The notes beneath the pieces are model-generated. The model was not told where the DNA came from. It searched no databases and saw only the letters and a program-made list of their open reading frames with translations. A DNA stretch of 54,504 nt, filler included, from Basidioascus undulatus (Eukaryota), in assembly GCA_000826855.1 (NCBI GenBank). It is 3 parts of 3 records of this genome, joined end to end, with 100 filler letters (N's around TTAATTAATTAA, not from the genome) between each part and the next. Parts side by side here need not be neighbours in the genome. Positions count along the whole stretch, not along the records: positions 1 to 18,108 come from JTLS01000484.1; positions 18,209 to 36,306 come from JTLS01000485.1; 1 more part is not named here. One strand, given 5' to 3'. Shown here piece after piece: positions 11,741 to 24,108 of the stretch (its first letter is position 1; each line of letters opens with the position of its first letter). A program made the translations under genes and the position numbers.

Positions 11741-14700
11741 GGGAATGGTTACGGTGGGAATGCGAAGGCGAAATAAGAAGGGGAAAGAGAGTGGACAAGC
11801 TGTCAAGCGCTCCAAGGCTTCAACGTGTTGTAGCTGACCGATACGCTAATATTCGTACAGCCAGTTACGCAAGCCGCCAAGTGTCAGCACTTCGCATTCC
11901 TCGAAGAGCATGGAATTGGCAGGACAGATCTTCTTCTGGGGAAGTTGTTGGGACACGAGATGTTTTGATGCTCACAGTTCGGTTCGATGCAGTCAGAGGC
12001 CTGCCAGCGCATAAGCCTTGGGTCAATGTCAGCTCATTGAGCGCACAATCCTTGATGAGACTGTCATGCAGTCTTCACCTCAATGCCTTCTTCATACTTC
12101 GTATTGGGCACAAGCGGATCCCATGTAGGACTAACAGCCATCCATATCGGGCCACGCCAGGCAGAAGAGAGGACGCATCAGGTACCACCGAGGTACCATG
12201 TCACTTCATTGAAGCCGCGGCCGGGGTCGAAGAGACTCAATACGATGCGAGTGCCAATATGAAGAGCGTTCTGTGACATATCAGTGCAGCATGGAAAGGA
12301 AAAGATTCTAGGCTTTCTCATTTCTTTCAACAGTCCGTTGACCAGCATGCTCGTTTATACTCGTGACTCTTGGACCTCCATCGGTTGTGGCTTGGCGGCC
12401 AAAAATAATACCTCCACGCAGTTGCTTGAAAACAACCGGCCTCTCCACTGCCTGAAAGCCCCATTCCGTACTCTGAGAAAGGAAGACCGGGAGGAGAGGT
12501 GTACTTGGCAGTCTTGTGCAGATGGTCGCGTGGAACAGAAGCAAGGCACGAGCGGGGCACTGCACCATGAGTTACGACGGCCGCTTGCTCAACTTCTGGC
12601 ACGAAGGTCTTGATGAAGTGTCTGGCTGGCGTGCCCTGATCGTCGGAACTGTGTTTATGCTGCCTCGGCGAACCCGCTTGTCCGGATTGCCGATGGCTAC
12701 ACACGTCGGAACGGCCACTGTGAAGCTCCCGAGTGCCGGCATCGCATCTTCTCTTCTCTGATCCTGCCCGCCTGACCGGTGACCTCCGCACCTGGGTGAA
12801 CCTGGCGATGGCGGTACAAAAGCAAGCATCAGTGAAGAAGGCCGGAGTGTTCCTCTGGTTTCCCCACTCAGAGATCACCGCGGCAGACAGCCACACGCAC
12901 ATCTCATTCAGCAGCACGTTCACCACCTTACCTCAAGATGTCCAACGGCATCGACGAGAAAACGACTGGCTACAGCACTGCTCAACATCATGATGAAAGC
13001 GCCAACGGACCACTCTCGAGGGTAATCAGCATACCCGTCGAGACTTTCGAGAGGTGCACCGATTCTCTTCTGTCGTCTCTCGCCGCGGTTGCTGATGATG
13101 GTCACCTACACTAGACTTTACTTGCAGCCCCCCGAGCAGCGCACGACGATGGCACTTCGCAGTAGCGTTGGGAACCCATCACCTGCGTACGTGTACGAGA
13201 AGACGTCAGTTGAGATGCCAACACTGATTCAGGGCGAATGAACAGGGCCCTTTTTGCCTTTGCTGTGACGACCATGTTGCTTTCCTTCCAGGTCATTTGA
13301 TATTTCGATGCTACATTTCTCAGCAAAAGCTAATCCCTCACACCCTGTAGCTCATGGGCTGGCGCAGCCTCGAAAGCGGTCAAGCGTCAGTTGTCGCCGT
13401 TTCCGATGCCATATGAATCCATATTCTGACACACTGGGGTCGCGCATAGCTTCGTGGGAGCCCTTTGGTTCTGTATGTAAACATCTCATCTACGCCTTTG
13501 TATAATCCAAACGGGGCTAACAGGGCCAATTTACAGGTGGCGGCATGATTCAGACGCTGTGCGTGCCCCTCCCCCCCCCGGGGCGGTTCTTGTTTGTGAG
13601 AAGCAGATACTGATAAATACTCTATCATGGAAGGTGCGGCATCTTCGAATGGGTTATGGGAAACACGTACACCATGACGGTCCTCCTGATTTTCGGATCG
13701 GTTCGTGCCTTCACCTCTGTCGCAGCGGCCGATGCTGAACAGCTTTGCGGAACCTTCACAGTTCTACATGGGTCTTGTAAATAACATACAGGCTCTCGGA
13801 CATCATCAAAGGCCTAAGCCTTGCTAACCCCCGTACTTTCGCAGGGTGCCCTCCAAACGCCGAGCTTTGGACTCGCGGCGGTTTACGCTGAAAACACCGT
13901 CGATCTTTACCGTGGTCTTGGGTTTTACCAGATTATCTGGTAAGGATTTCCTCGAATGGTCCGAGCGGAAACTGGAACCCACGCAGGCATCCTGATCCTG
14001 GTGATGTAGGGCTATTCCCCTCGGCCTCATCGCTTTGCTGGGAACGCGCACCAACGCGGCCCTACTGCTGTGAGCTGAGCTCTTTTTCTAATGTTCCAAT
14101 TCGCACATAAACGCTCATCACATCGTCCTTAGCATCTTTGTCTTCATCACGATCACGTTCTGCTTGGCCGGCTCCGCCTGTAAGCCTCGTTCCTCTGACG
14201 CACTCTGCCCATTTCCATCTGATCAACTATCTTCTTTGACAAGACTTCGAGCTTGCAAACGGGAATGTAGAAAGACACACTCATATCAACACCGCCGCTG
14301 GAGTGTTCGCTTTCGTGGCCAGTCTGAGCGGCTTTTACATTGTACGACACCATGTCACAACCTCCCCCCTTCACAGGCACCCCTGTCCTAACGAAACAAA
14401 CGCATAGTCTTTCGCCCAAAATGCTGAGGCTGTTGGGTTCCCGATCGTGCGTTCCATCTACTTAATTGCTCATAGAGTATAGAGACGCTGACTTCCTGGG
14501 AACTGGACTGCAGAAATTCCCGCTCGTGCGACACCAACGCTTCACCTCTACTTCCCGCCGGAAACCGAAACCGAAGCCACTGACACTGTTAACGACTCCA
14601 GGGAGACCTCTCTGGACTCTGGCCTGACTTGCGTGCGCTCAAGCGTGCGCAGGAGGAGCGCGCCAAGGCCCGCAGAGAGGGGAAGGAGGTTTGAGATGCT

Positions 14701-15173
14701 GTGGTCGAGGCGTTTCAGACAACATGTCATCGACGATTTTTGGCATTGTGGGAAAGGATGATGGCAACGGGTTGAAGAGGTCGAGACTGTTTACCAGCTG
14801 GGTTCGTTTGCGTTGGTTGCAGTTATGTCATTGGATTCTGGCATGCCATTTTGATGTTTTCAATAGCGTCTGGTAGATACTTGTGTTGCCGTTGTGGATA
14901 ATTTACAGGCACGATAGTTCGCTGCAACAGCAGGATGCGTGTTCGACTGTCAGCGCCATGAGAGCGTGTGAAGCTACATTTCTCCACGTCGCTCATACTT
15001 GACCTGCCCCTTCAATTTCTCCAGCCCGGAAGTGAAGTCATTTAAAAACCTAACAGACCTGATTCTTAGTGTTGCAGTGGGGCCCTACATGCGAATGTGC
15101 GCCAGCCCAGAGCGCCAGCTAGATCACCGCTCGCGCGCGCAGTTACAGGGCGATGCAAAGATGCAGTCTATGA

Positions 15174-16427
15174 TCAAAGCTTCCACACCTCGTCCTCCGT
15201 CAGCCCCAGCTCCTTGAGCACTCCGCCCACAGGACCCTGCGTCAGATTGCGACCCATGGGCCCCGCAACGGCGTTGACCATCCTGAACACAAACGACAAA
15301 GCAGTTCAGTAAAGCCAAGGGGGAAGGAGAGGCTGAGGAGACAGTGTTTACGCGTCAGGTCCACAAACCAACACGACCCTCTTCTTTCTCCGGCCTGCCT
15401 CGGTCACCTCCCCAAGCGGCTTCCGCGCCTTGCTCCCCCACAACCGGCTCCACCACCCTTGCTCGCGCTCGTGGATGCCTAGCGCCTCGGCGATGTGCGA
15501 GCGCGATATGCGGGAGACAGTGAAGTCGCCTGATGACGGAGCCAGAGCAGAAAGAGACGGCGTGGAGGCGCGGTCGGCGAACGAGCGCAGGGTGAGTTGA
15601 TCAGGATGTTGCGTTGCGAGCGCGCGCAGTTGATCGTGCAGCAGCGCGTCGGCACGGGTTGATGAGGCGTAGAGGAGGGTGACGTGCGGAGGTTGGGAAG
15701 ATGTCGATTTCGATGAAGGGGTGGAAGACAGGAGCGAGATGAGGAGCTGGTAGGCGGGGGTGATTCCGGTGCCGCCTGCGACCTGCGAGCCCCGGTTGTC
15801 CCCTTCAGCCTCAACATGACCACCGTCTAGATAAGGCGGACTCACAAATACTATTTCCTCCACTCCCTTCTCCTGCGCTTCCCGCACGTCCCAAGTCCGC
15901 ACCGGCCCTCGAATCTCAAGCTCCTCGCCAACCGGCCGACCCGTGATCCACTTGCTCGTCTCACTATCCTCATACCGCTTCACAACGAGCTCCACCTCCT
16001 GCTCCCCGTTGAAGCGAATCGTTCGCAAAGGCGTGTACGCGCGCTCGATCTGCAGCTGCGGGTGTTTGACGTAGACGTGTTGAATCGCGCCTTCGGGCCA
16101 CTGGGGCGACGAGAAAGGGGGGAGAGAGGAAGCCGGCAGGCGGAGTGTGACGAGGCGGGTTGTGGGCGTGAGGGGGACGGAAGAGGTCACGGTGAGAGGG
16201 TGAAAGCGGTAGGGGTCCAAATGACGTGCAGGTCCGCGCGAGGATGTTGGATAGAGGAAGACGTATGCAGCCGCCGCGGCCGAGGAGCCCAGCAGAACCG
16301 CTAGCAGCGGACGGCGCAGTGAGCGCCGGCTTGAAGGACCGGGGATAGAGTAGGCCCGTATCTGGGGATATTGTGGCCGTATAGACAGCGCTGCTCGTTG
16401 AGCAGCGGGGGTGCGAGAGGCGATCAT
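15174..16427 (-). CDS. Mitochondrial FAD/NAD(P)H cytochrome b5 reductase-family protein, CYC2-like
   Basis: Basic presequence plus TM segment, HPQLQIERAYTP, VVKRYEDSETSKWI, VAGGTGITPAYQ, VLVCGPD, and terminal exon MVNAVAGP...QGPVGGVLKELGLTEDEVWKL-TGA. Two introns. Confidence 0.88.
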
Positions 16428-17704
16428 GGTGGTGTGGGTCAAAAGGCCAATCCTCGCTTTCCGAAGGGAGAAGACGCGACGGCCACGTGAGGTTAAGCAT
16501 GCGCAGATCGGCAAACTATAGGATCTACCTGAACTTCTGATTTCAAGCTGCACCGGACAGCCCTTCAGAGATATGGTACTTCTCTAATGGTTTCCACCCA
16601 TATTAATCCTGTGAACCTAGGAAGAACCAGTGCAAGTTTGCAGGAGCACTTCACAGTACACTGGATCGCATGCGCCCGTCACGAGGCTAGACCTTCTCAG
16701 CATTGTCTTCGGGTGAGCCAGGGTAGGGTCATGGGAGCTTTAGCAATCAAGAAATATTTACCTGTCTATATATCAATCCCCTACAAAGGTCTCTCGATTT
16801 CAGCCGCCGTGCTTCTTCGAAATGCTTCATGTACGGCGGCACGAGGCTGTTGGCGACCAATTCCCACTCGTTTACGGAGGCTCTTGAGCTGATTAAAGAG
16901 AGTAAAAAGTCTTGTTGTAACATAGGTGAACCACTACAGACATCGATTGGCAATTCAGTCAATCTGGTGTTGGTCGCAGACCTCGAAACGCGGACTGCGG
17001 CTCTGCGGGGTGGACGTGGCAGACAGACCGCAATAGATCCACTCGCTTTGCAAGAGGTTGAGAAGCCACCATATTCAGAAATTGATCAAGCACTATGTTG
17101 CAATAGGTGGCACACGCAGTCCACTTTATCCCTCAATACAACCGGTGCGCGACGGAACAGGTTGGAGGACCCAGTAGATGTAACGTGCACTGCGTAACGA
17201 CTCATGGAATGCAGTGCCGGGCTGCAAACGAGTGCGCCGGCTGATTCAATACACTGGAAGAACAGTTTTCCTAATGCTTAAGGAGCAACGCTTCTTGAAT
17301 AGCTTGGTCGCACGGCGCGTCGCCAGCTGCAGGCCCACACAGCATCGGCAGCGATGTGCGACAGCAATTGATCGATGAGACGAGTCAGGGAGGGAGGAGG
17401 GGGTAACGAGCATGAATTGGTAACTTCGGGAAAATGCAGGGTAACAAGAGGAGACGATACGAGACGCCATCAACCGGAAGCAGGTGGAAATGCAACAAAA
17501 GCTATGCAACGCGGAAGAGCAGAAAGAGTCCCAAGAAAGGAATCGTGAACAAGAATCGGAATGATGAAGAGGTAAAGGGACGCAGGTGGTAAACGCAGGA
17601 TGGGTGGAGGGACGAGACGATGTAAAGGAGGTGCATGCAGTACCGAGTGGGAGAAAGTGAACGACTAGCGAGACGAGAGAAGCGGAAAACGCCCGGGGGA
17701 ACCA

Positions 17705-18108
17705 TCAATGGTGCCCCTGCGGCCGGGGATGGCGCACCATGCGCGCGGCGGGCGTGACGATCGGTGAGGCGGGCACGTCGTCGAGAGCCAGCGCGCGAGC
17801 TGCGTTCGACGGCCTGGTATACGCGCCGGTGTAGGTCACACCGGCCATGACGATGAGGCTCGGCGACGCCGACGAGGCGTTCCGGGTGTTGCCCTCGTTT
17901 TGGCCGGAGAGGACCTTGGGGCCGTCGTCAGTGTTGGTGCCCGGGCGGGTGAAGTGCTGCATGTGCAAGAATATGGCTCCTGTCAGCGACATAAAAGATT
18001 GATTGAAAGATTAGAGGAACGCACGTATGCCAGACCGCCAGCGATCGCGCCGAGGCAGATGATGGCGAGCAGCCAGACCCACCACCTCAAGCGGGCATAG
18101 CCCCGCTC
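17705..18108 (-). CDS. Hypothetical single-pass membrane protein, 3' fragment cut by gap
   Basis: GYARLRWWVWLLAIICLGAIAGGLA, a GT-AG intron, then AIFLHMQHFTRPGTNTDDGPK...PQGHH-TGA; GC3-rich codons. Confidence 0.55.
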
Positions 18109-18208
18109 NNNNNNNNNNNNNNNNNNNNNNNNNNNNNNNNNNNNNNNNNNNNTTAATTAATTAANNNNNNNNNNNNNNNNNNNNNNNNNNNNNNNNNNNN
18201 NNNNNNNN
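18109..18208. other. Artificial contig spacer
   Basis: 44 N + TTAATTAATTAA (stops in all six frames) + 44 N; identical to 36307-36406. Confidence 0.97.
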
Positions 18209-18740
18209 CACATCCACCGCCTCCGCCTCCGCCTCGTCCCCGTCTCCCTCCCCAACCCCGTCCACCTCCTCCTCCGACTACGCCCAGCCCCCCACGCGCC
18301 GGCGCCGCCGCGCCCCAGCGGGCGGGTCCGCGCGCGCGCGCTCCATCTCCTCTGGCCGATCCACGCCCACGCACACGACCGCCTCTGTCCCTTATCCGCA
18401 CGTGACGACCTCGACCGGTCTAACACGGTGCACATACGTGTCGCCCCTCCCGCCGCACACACGGTGCACGACGTCTTTCCAGCGGCCGTACGACCTCGCG
18501 CGCCACATGGAGACGATCCACGCGCGCGACGAGGCGGCCTGGCTCCGCGAGGGCAAGATCAGGCGCGAGGACGTCACTGTCCCCGGGGTGGTCGATGCCG
18601 TTGAGAAGGGCAAGGGCGCTGCGATCGGGAAGGAGTGGAGGTGCGATGGGAAGGGTGGGTGCGGGGGCGTATTCTCGAGAAAGGACGCGCTTATCAGGCA
18701 TAGGAGGTTGAGGGGCCATGGGGTGCCGAAACAGGTGTGA
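18209..18740 (+). CDS. C2H2 zinc-finger protein, 3' fragment after gap
   Basis: Two fingers, RCTYVSPLPPHTRCTTSFQRPYDLARHMETIH and WRCDGKGGCGGVFSRKDALIRHRRLRGH; TGA at 18738-18740. Confidence 0.8.
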
Positions 18741-20015
18741 GGAGAGAAGGTGGGTTTCTTCGCCCGGGAGGCCGCATTCCATGCGGTGGGTGCTGACGAG
18801 GGAGATGCGCTTCTCCAGCAGATCCTGCCACGCCTCTCCGTCCCTCCTCCCTCTTCTCCGTCGTCTCTGTCCATCCCACGCTATGCCACATGCTATGTTT
18901 GTCCCCACTCATCTCTGTATTAACTGCATATGCCTCTTCCCCTCCTCCATTTCCACTCTCCTCCTCCTCCCGCCATCTACCCCATCTTCGCTTCCCCCGT
19001 TGGCCGTCTTACCGCTCCATTTCCCATCTTCTTGCGCTTTCCCACATTGTACCACGACCGGTTTCTTCCCATCCCTCCTGTTTATCGCTCATCTCTCTCC
19101 TCTTGCCTCTGAGCCTCACGACTGACACATCCAGCATCATGTAATTCATTTCACTTCACGTGTTCTTTTCCTCATCTTTGCTCATCCCATCTACTCAATA
19201 CAACACACCCCTCACGGCGCAACCCCACCCATTAGCATGATCCCCCACGCTTTCGTCCGCTGCATCCCCCTCCCCTCCTCACTCCTTGTTGCTCTCATCC
19301 ACCAGCAGCAGCGCACCTCCTCCAACGCCGCTTTCCTCCAATCTAGCACACGACACAGATGTATTTCTAGGCTTGACGAGCACGGAAGGCTACCATACAC
19401 AGCTTGTTTAGTGATTGCTTCTGCTGTGCGTGTCATGCGAGGTGGATGGCGGGGAGGTTGGGTGTTTCATGAAGGCACGCAATAAATGTCATTCCCCTTT
19501 ATTTCGGGTAAGGGCGAACAACAGGACATTGATTGATGAGTGTGGCACGGGGGATGCAAACTATTTCAGCATCGCGGCTGTTCAAGACAGGTCGGCGGCA
19601 GCAGGTCAGATGTCTGGACCGAGTCGAGCGCCTTGCTGGCTGTGCGTGGGTTGTGGTCAAGAAATCTGGAAGGCGCCAAGCAAGCGACCAGATGCTCCCG
19701 CCATCGCATTTCAAAGGCAGGAGGCGGTGTTAACGAGGACGATTCCGGGAGGCGGGATAGGCTAGTCCAGCATTAGTTGATTGATTGAAGTTGGGCGTTT
19801 TGAGGAAGAAAGGGTGGCTTGCTGCATCGCGGCTGACCGACAGCTTGCTGCGGCGTCGGGCCCTGCCGGCTCAGGGACGCGATGAGGCCTGGAAGTAACG
19901 TCATGCACGTTCCCCTTTACGCGTATTGATAGCGTCTTCGCATGCTCGGACGAAGGAACCTTCTCTATTTCCCACCCTCGATTGGATCGGGATGCGGAAC
20001 AGCCCAGGGGGGCTT

Positions 20016-20021
20016 TATAAA
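20016..20021 (+). promoter_or_regulatory. Candidate TATA box of the SYG-repeat gene
   Basis: TATAAA about 115 nt upstream of the inferred start, followed by a pyrimidine-rich tract. Confidence 0.5.
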
Positions 20022-20134
20022 GCGTGCCAGCAAGGCGGGGGGGCTGTCTCTTCCCTCCTTCCAGCACTTGCATCACTGCGCCTGATACACTACCCTACAC
20101 CACCACTACGCTCTGCCCCCGATAACCAGCAAAC

Positions 20135-21531
20135 AGCGCGTTTGACCGTTCACCTTGGGTTGTAGCTTGACGCTGATCTGGTGGGGGTCGGCATTGGTAT
20201 TGGCACAGTGGGCTTCCTTGACCAAGCGCAGCAGTTCTTGAACACGGACGAGGGCAAGCAGTTCCAGGGCCAGGCGGGCGAGCAGCTCAGTGCGTCCTCT
20301 CCCACCGCCACGCTCCCTGCGAGGCAGAAGCTGACGGACGGGAGTTCGCGGAACACAGAGAAGCAGTTCGGCGGCGGCTTCGGTCTTGGTGGCGGCAACA
20401 GCAACAGCAGCAGCAACAACAACAACGACAACCAGCAGTCGTCTTCGTCTAGCGGCGACTGTAAGTCTTGAATCATTGAGGAGGCGTAGCAAGGAACGGC
20501 AAGTCTGACTGATCGGGCTGGATTGATAGACGGCAGCAACAACAACGAGTCCTCCAACTACGGCGGGAACAACGACAAGCAGTCGTCGGGCTTCGGCGGG
20601 AAGAGCAACAGCGACGACAGCTATGGCTCCTCCAACAAGAACTCCAGCTCGTCGGGCGACTACAACAACGACTCGACCTCTTCGGGCGGGTACGGCTCCA
20701 ACTCGGTGCGCCTCCTCCGCTTCTTCCTCCTGCCTTTTCTTCCTCGCTCAACTGAAAGAGCACGCTTTACATACAGTATGGCGACTCCAACTCGCGGAAG
20801 AACCAGACGGGCGGGTCGGACCAGGGCCAGTTCGGCTCTTCTGGCCGCGACAACGACGACGCGTACGGCTGTGAGTGATGCGCTACTAATTCGGCGGAAA
20901 AGGACGACTCGTGCTCATGAATGCTTGGGCTGTCAAATCTCCAGCCAGCGGCCGAGGAAGCGGCGGGGACTCGTATGGGTCTTCGAAGAACGACGATGAC
21001 TCGTACGGCTGTGCGTATCAATCCTCCCTGCTTTCATACCTCTTAAACATTTGAACTGACGAACGCCTGCTTTCCTTGTGTTCCCGATCTGCAGCGAGCG
21101 GTCGCGGCAGCGGCGGCAACTCTTACGGGTCTTCCAACAACGACGACTCTTACGGCTGTACGTACCGACCTTTCCCTGCTTTCTTGCACCTTATAGATAT
21201 GAACTCACAAGCGCCCGCGCTCTTCTGTTGTCGATGTTCAGCCAGCGGTCGTGACAGCGGAAACTCCTACGGGTCTTCGAACAACGATGACTCCAACTTC
21301 GGCGGCTCCCGCGGTGGCCGTGGCGGAGACAATGACTCCTACGGCGGCGGCAACTCGTCGGGCGGCTTTGGTGGCTCCGGCGACCGCGAGTCTTGTGTGT
21401 CTAGTTCTCACTCTCACACCAAAAGCCCGCTGTCCGCGCTCTCATGCTCATATCGTGTTAACCTTTGTCCAGCTTCGCGGGGCGGCTACGGCGGCAACTC
21501 TGGCGACTCTTACAGCAACGACAACTACTGA
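20135..21531 (+). CDS. Gly/Ser/Asn/Asp/Tyr-rich low-complexity (hydrophilin/prion-like) protein
   Basis: (M)GFLDQAQQFLNTDEGKQFQGQAGEQLKKQFGGGFG..., then repeated SGRxSGxxSYGSSNNDDSYG exons and RGG motifs. It ends GDSYSNDNY-TGA at 21529-21531; intron phases are consistent in the junctions checked. Confidence 0.8.
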
Positions 21532-21836
21532 GCCGGGCGCTGCATGTTGGCATGTGGGGAGAAACAGAGTGATGATATGAAAGGATTCGGTCATGTATTG
21601 ACCTACTGCGTGTAATGGGTGCTTTGATCGTGAGGCTGTCACTGCATGTCAAGCTGCCTCCAAGAGCTTGCAAGAACGCCGCTCAAGTCGCGATTCTTTA
21701 GATTCGGCTGTTTTTGTGTTTGGGGGAAAATGCCTCGTATTGGGCTGCCCCGTGCCTCAATGAAGACATTTTGTGCAGCTAATATGTTCTTGAGAGTGCA
21801 CCAGAAAAAGAGTAATTAGGTGAAGATTCTACATCT

Positions 21837-21908
21837 TCCTCCTTAGCTCAGTGGTAGAGCGCGTCACTAGTAATGACGAGGTCAGTCGTTCAAGTCGGCT
21901 AGGAGGAA
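21837..21908 (+). tRNA. tRNA-Thr(AGT), intronless
   Basis: Acceptor TCCTCCT/AGGAGGA + A, D-arm GCTC/GAGC, anticodon arm CGTCA-CT-AGT-AA-TGACG (AGT at 21869-21871), T-arm AGTCG-TTCAAGT-CGGCT. Confidence 0.93.
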
Positions 21909-21910
21909 TA

Positions 21911-21918
21911 TTTTTTTT
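21911..21918 (+). terminator. RNA polymerase III terminator (T8)
   Basis: Run of 8 T starting 3 nt after the tRNA-Thr discriminator base. Confidence 0.8.
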
Positions 21919-22878
21919 GCGATTTGGAACTGCTCACTTTCTTTTTGATTTGTGTACTGTTTCTCTACCGTGAATTGCGTACCGACTTACACTGTCTCCC
22001 GAAAGTTCAGTCCAACAGCACCCTCAGTCGCTGAAGTTGATCACAAAAATTCACGCACCGGACCGCTGACCTCCACTCTAATTCCCTCTACTGTCTGAGC
22101 ACACGGGTACCTTTAGTTAATCAGCCAACTGACGAGAATTGGAAAATGGTAGCCACACGTCCCTCGGAAGGCGGCACGGCCGCTGCATTGACCGGTTGCG
22201 GAATGCCCGGCTTCACAGTCCAGAAGGCGCGGGCATGTAGTAGACACTCCAACGTTGCTGCTGAATTGAGCGCCTTCGCTGCATGACTGAAGGCGTTGTG
22301 GAGAGAGCCAAAGCTGGTGTTGTAAAAGGAATGTCCTGGCTTTATCCTCGCGTACTCTCGACCTTTGCAGTGCAAGCTGCTCGTTGACTTGCGGTGACAA
22401 ATGGGTGGCAAAGCTCCTTTTGTATAGCTGATCTGCAGGTCTGCAGAGCATTCTGTGTAAGATGTCTGAAAAGAAACGCGACCTTGGGCGCTATGGCCAC
22501 AGCCTCATATTAGTTTGCTCATGCAGAGCCCGCTTGCCAATCACAAGTTGATTTCGACACTCAGATGCTACTCACTGGTAAAAGTATGGGGTATGTATCT
22601 CAAATAGTACAGTATGCTTGGCCAGCTTGCACAGATTGCATGTGCAGCGGCAGAAGTGCAAGGTTCCGACGTTTCACCTTTCAAGGCAGCTCCGGTCCGC
22701 TCGCAGTATAGCTTGCTTTTTGCCACCATCATCTCGACCACACTCAAGCTTCACTTGGGTTCTCCCGCTGCTCCTAGCCCATTCAGTCCCGAGTTTCACT
22801 TGTTCGACTCAAGAGGTCGACCGCCCAAGCTGCAGCGTCTCTTCTTTCGATTTTCGATCAACCACTCACTATCCCAGA

Positions 22879-23270
22879 ATGTTTGTGGACCAACCAGTCG
22901 TGTGCTCCCTCCAGCTCGGCCTGTCGCCCGAGAAAACTGCATACAGCTACGACCCAAGCCTGGACCGCTACTCTATAAGCTCCCAGGATTCGTCCATCTC
23001 AGCCCCACCGGGTGCGGACATCTGTCGCCCAAATCGCCCCACCCGGTTTCAGCATCGACAGCGCCCGAAGGGACATCATCGTTGTTCTCTCTTGCTCTCA
23101 AACATACCGCCTAACCTTTGCTCCAGAGCCTGGAACGGTACGTCGAGACGGGTGATGTGCGAAGTTTGCGGGGAGCCCGCGGACAAGGCTTGCCCGCGCT
23201 GCACGGGGGCAACGTATTGCGGGGAGGATCATAGGCTGGACTGGGGGAGGGGCCACAAGAAGGTGTGGTT
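22879..23270 (+). pseudogene. MYND-type zinc-finger gene relic
   Basis: CEVCGEPADKACPRCTGATYCGEDHRLDWGRGHKKVW at 23158-23268. The final Cys is replaced by Trp, the usual Q is missing, and the upstream exon is out of phase. Confidence 0.55.
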
Positions 23271-24108
23271 TTCGAATACTTACTGCTGTAGCAGCCCCGA
23301 TACCGCATCTCACACACATGCACTTAATCCATGCAGTGGTGTAAGGCTCACGCTCTCACGAAGTAAGAATACTAGGCGCTCGACTGATACGATTTCCTTT
23401 CTTGGCATACCGTTTCTTAATCTCTGGGCTTCTGATGGCCAAGCAATTTACCACATGAACGTTCTCAATAGAGAACTAGCTGCCCAACTTGGAAGAACGT
23501 GTGAAAGTGCTGCTTGGTGCTCCGCCGGTACTGACTTGCCTGTGTGTCCCGATTGCCGCCCGGCGTTATGTATGCCTAATTTCAAGTCTTCACCCTTGAG
23601 TGCTTGTGAAAGCATGCACTTCTGGGACGTGGACACCTTCAAAATACTCTGCTGTGCAAAAGCAGTGGCTGGGAAGGCAGTTGGACCAACAGGAAGCTGT
23701 GCTATCTATACCACAAAACTGGCCCTCTACACGGCAGTGAATAACCGGGCTCCTTGGCGGAGCTTTCTACTACATCAGTGAAAGGGGTTGGCAGTAGGGA
23801 GGAGGACAAGACCGATGCAATGGATCCTAGAAGCGTCTAAGCCCAGTGCACACGCATGCGCACAATGATGTTCACGCTGAGTCCAGAGCAGGCGGATGAG
23901 AAGCGCCGTAGAATGTGCAGTGCAGATTCCCCCATTGATTATCAGTCAGTAAAGCAAGGTGGTGAAAGGTAAGGCCGTATGGCGCAGGCTGTGCAACGCA
24001 CGTGCAGGCCGCGACTATCCCGCCGACCTGCCATTCCGACTCTCTTCCGCCCTTTCACCTCATCACCGTTCTCCTCAGCACCTTCATTTTCCGTACCAAG
24101 CCCGCTCA

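Noticed and set aside
11800..15000. Genes or transposon remnants in this spacer (likewise 2900-4550, 16600-17600 and 27000-28500)
   Set aside because: Only short ORFs without recognisable motifs; no terminal repeats or transposase/RT signatures seen by eye. BLASTX and RepeatMasker would be needed to exclude old relics.
18153..18164. TTAATTAATTAA palindrome as a biological element
   Set aside because: It is embedded symmetrically in N runs and repeated identically at 36351-36362; it is an assembly spacer.
22618..23781. 387-aa ORF as a single intact gene
   Set aside because: Non-ATG start, reads through intron-like sequence, and only a short degenerate MYND segment looks protein-like.
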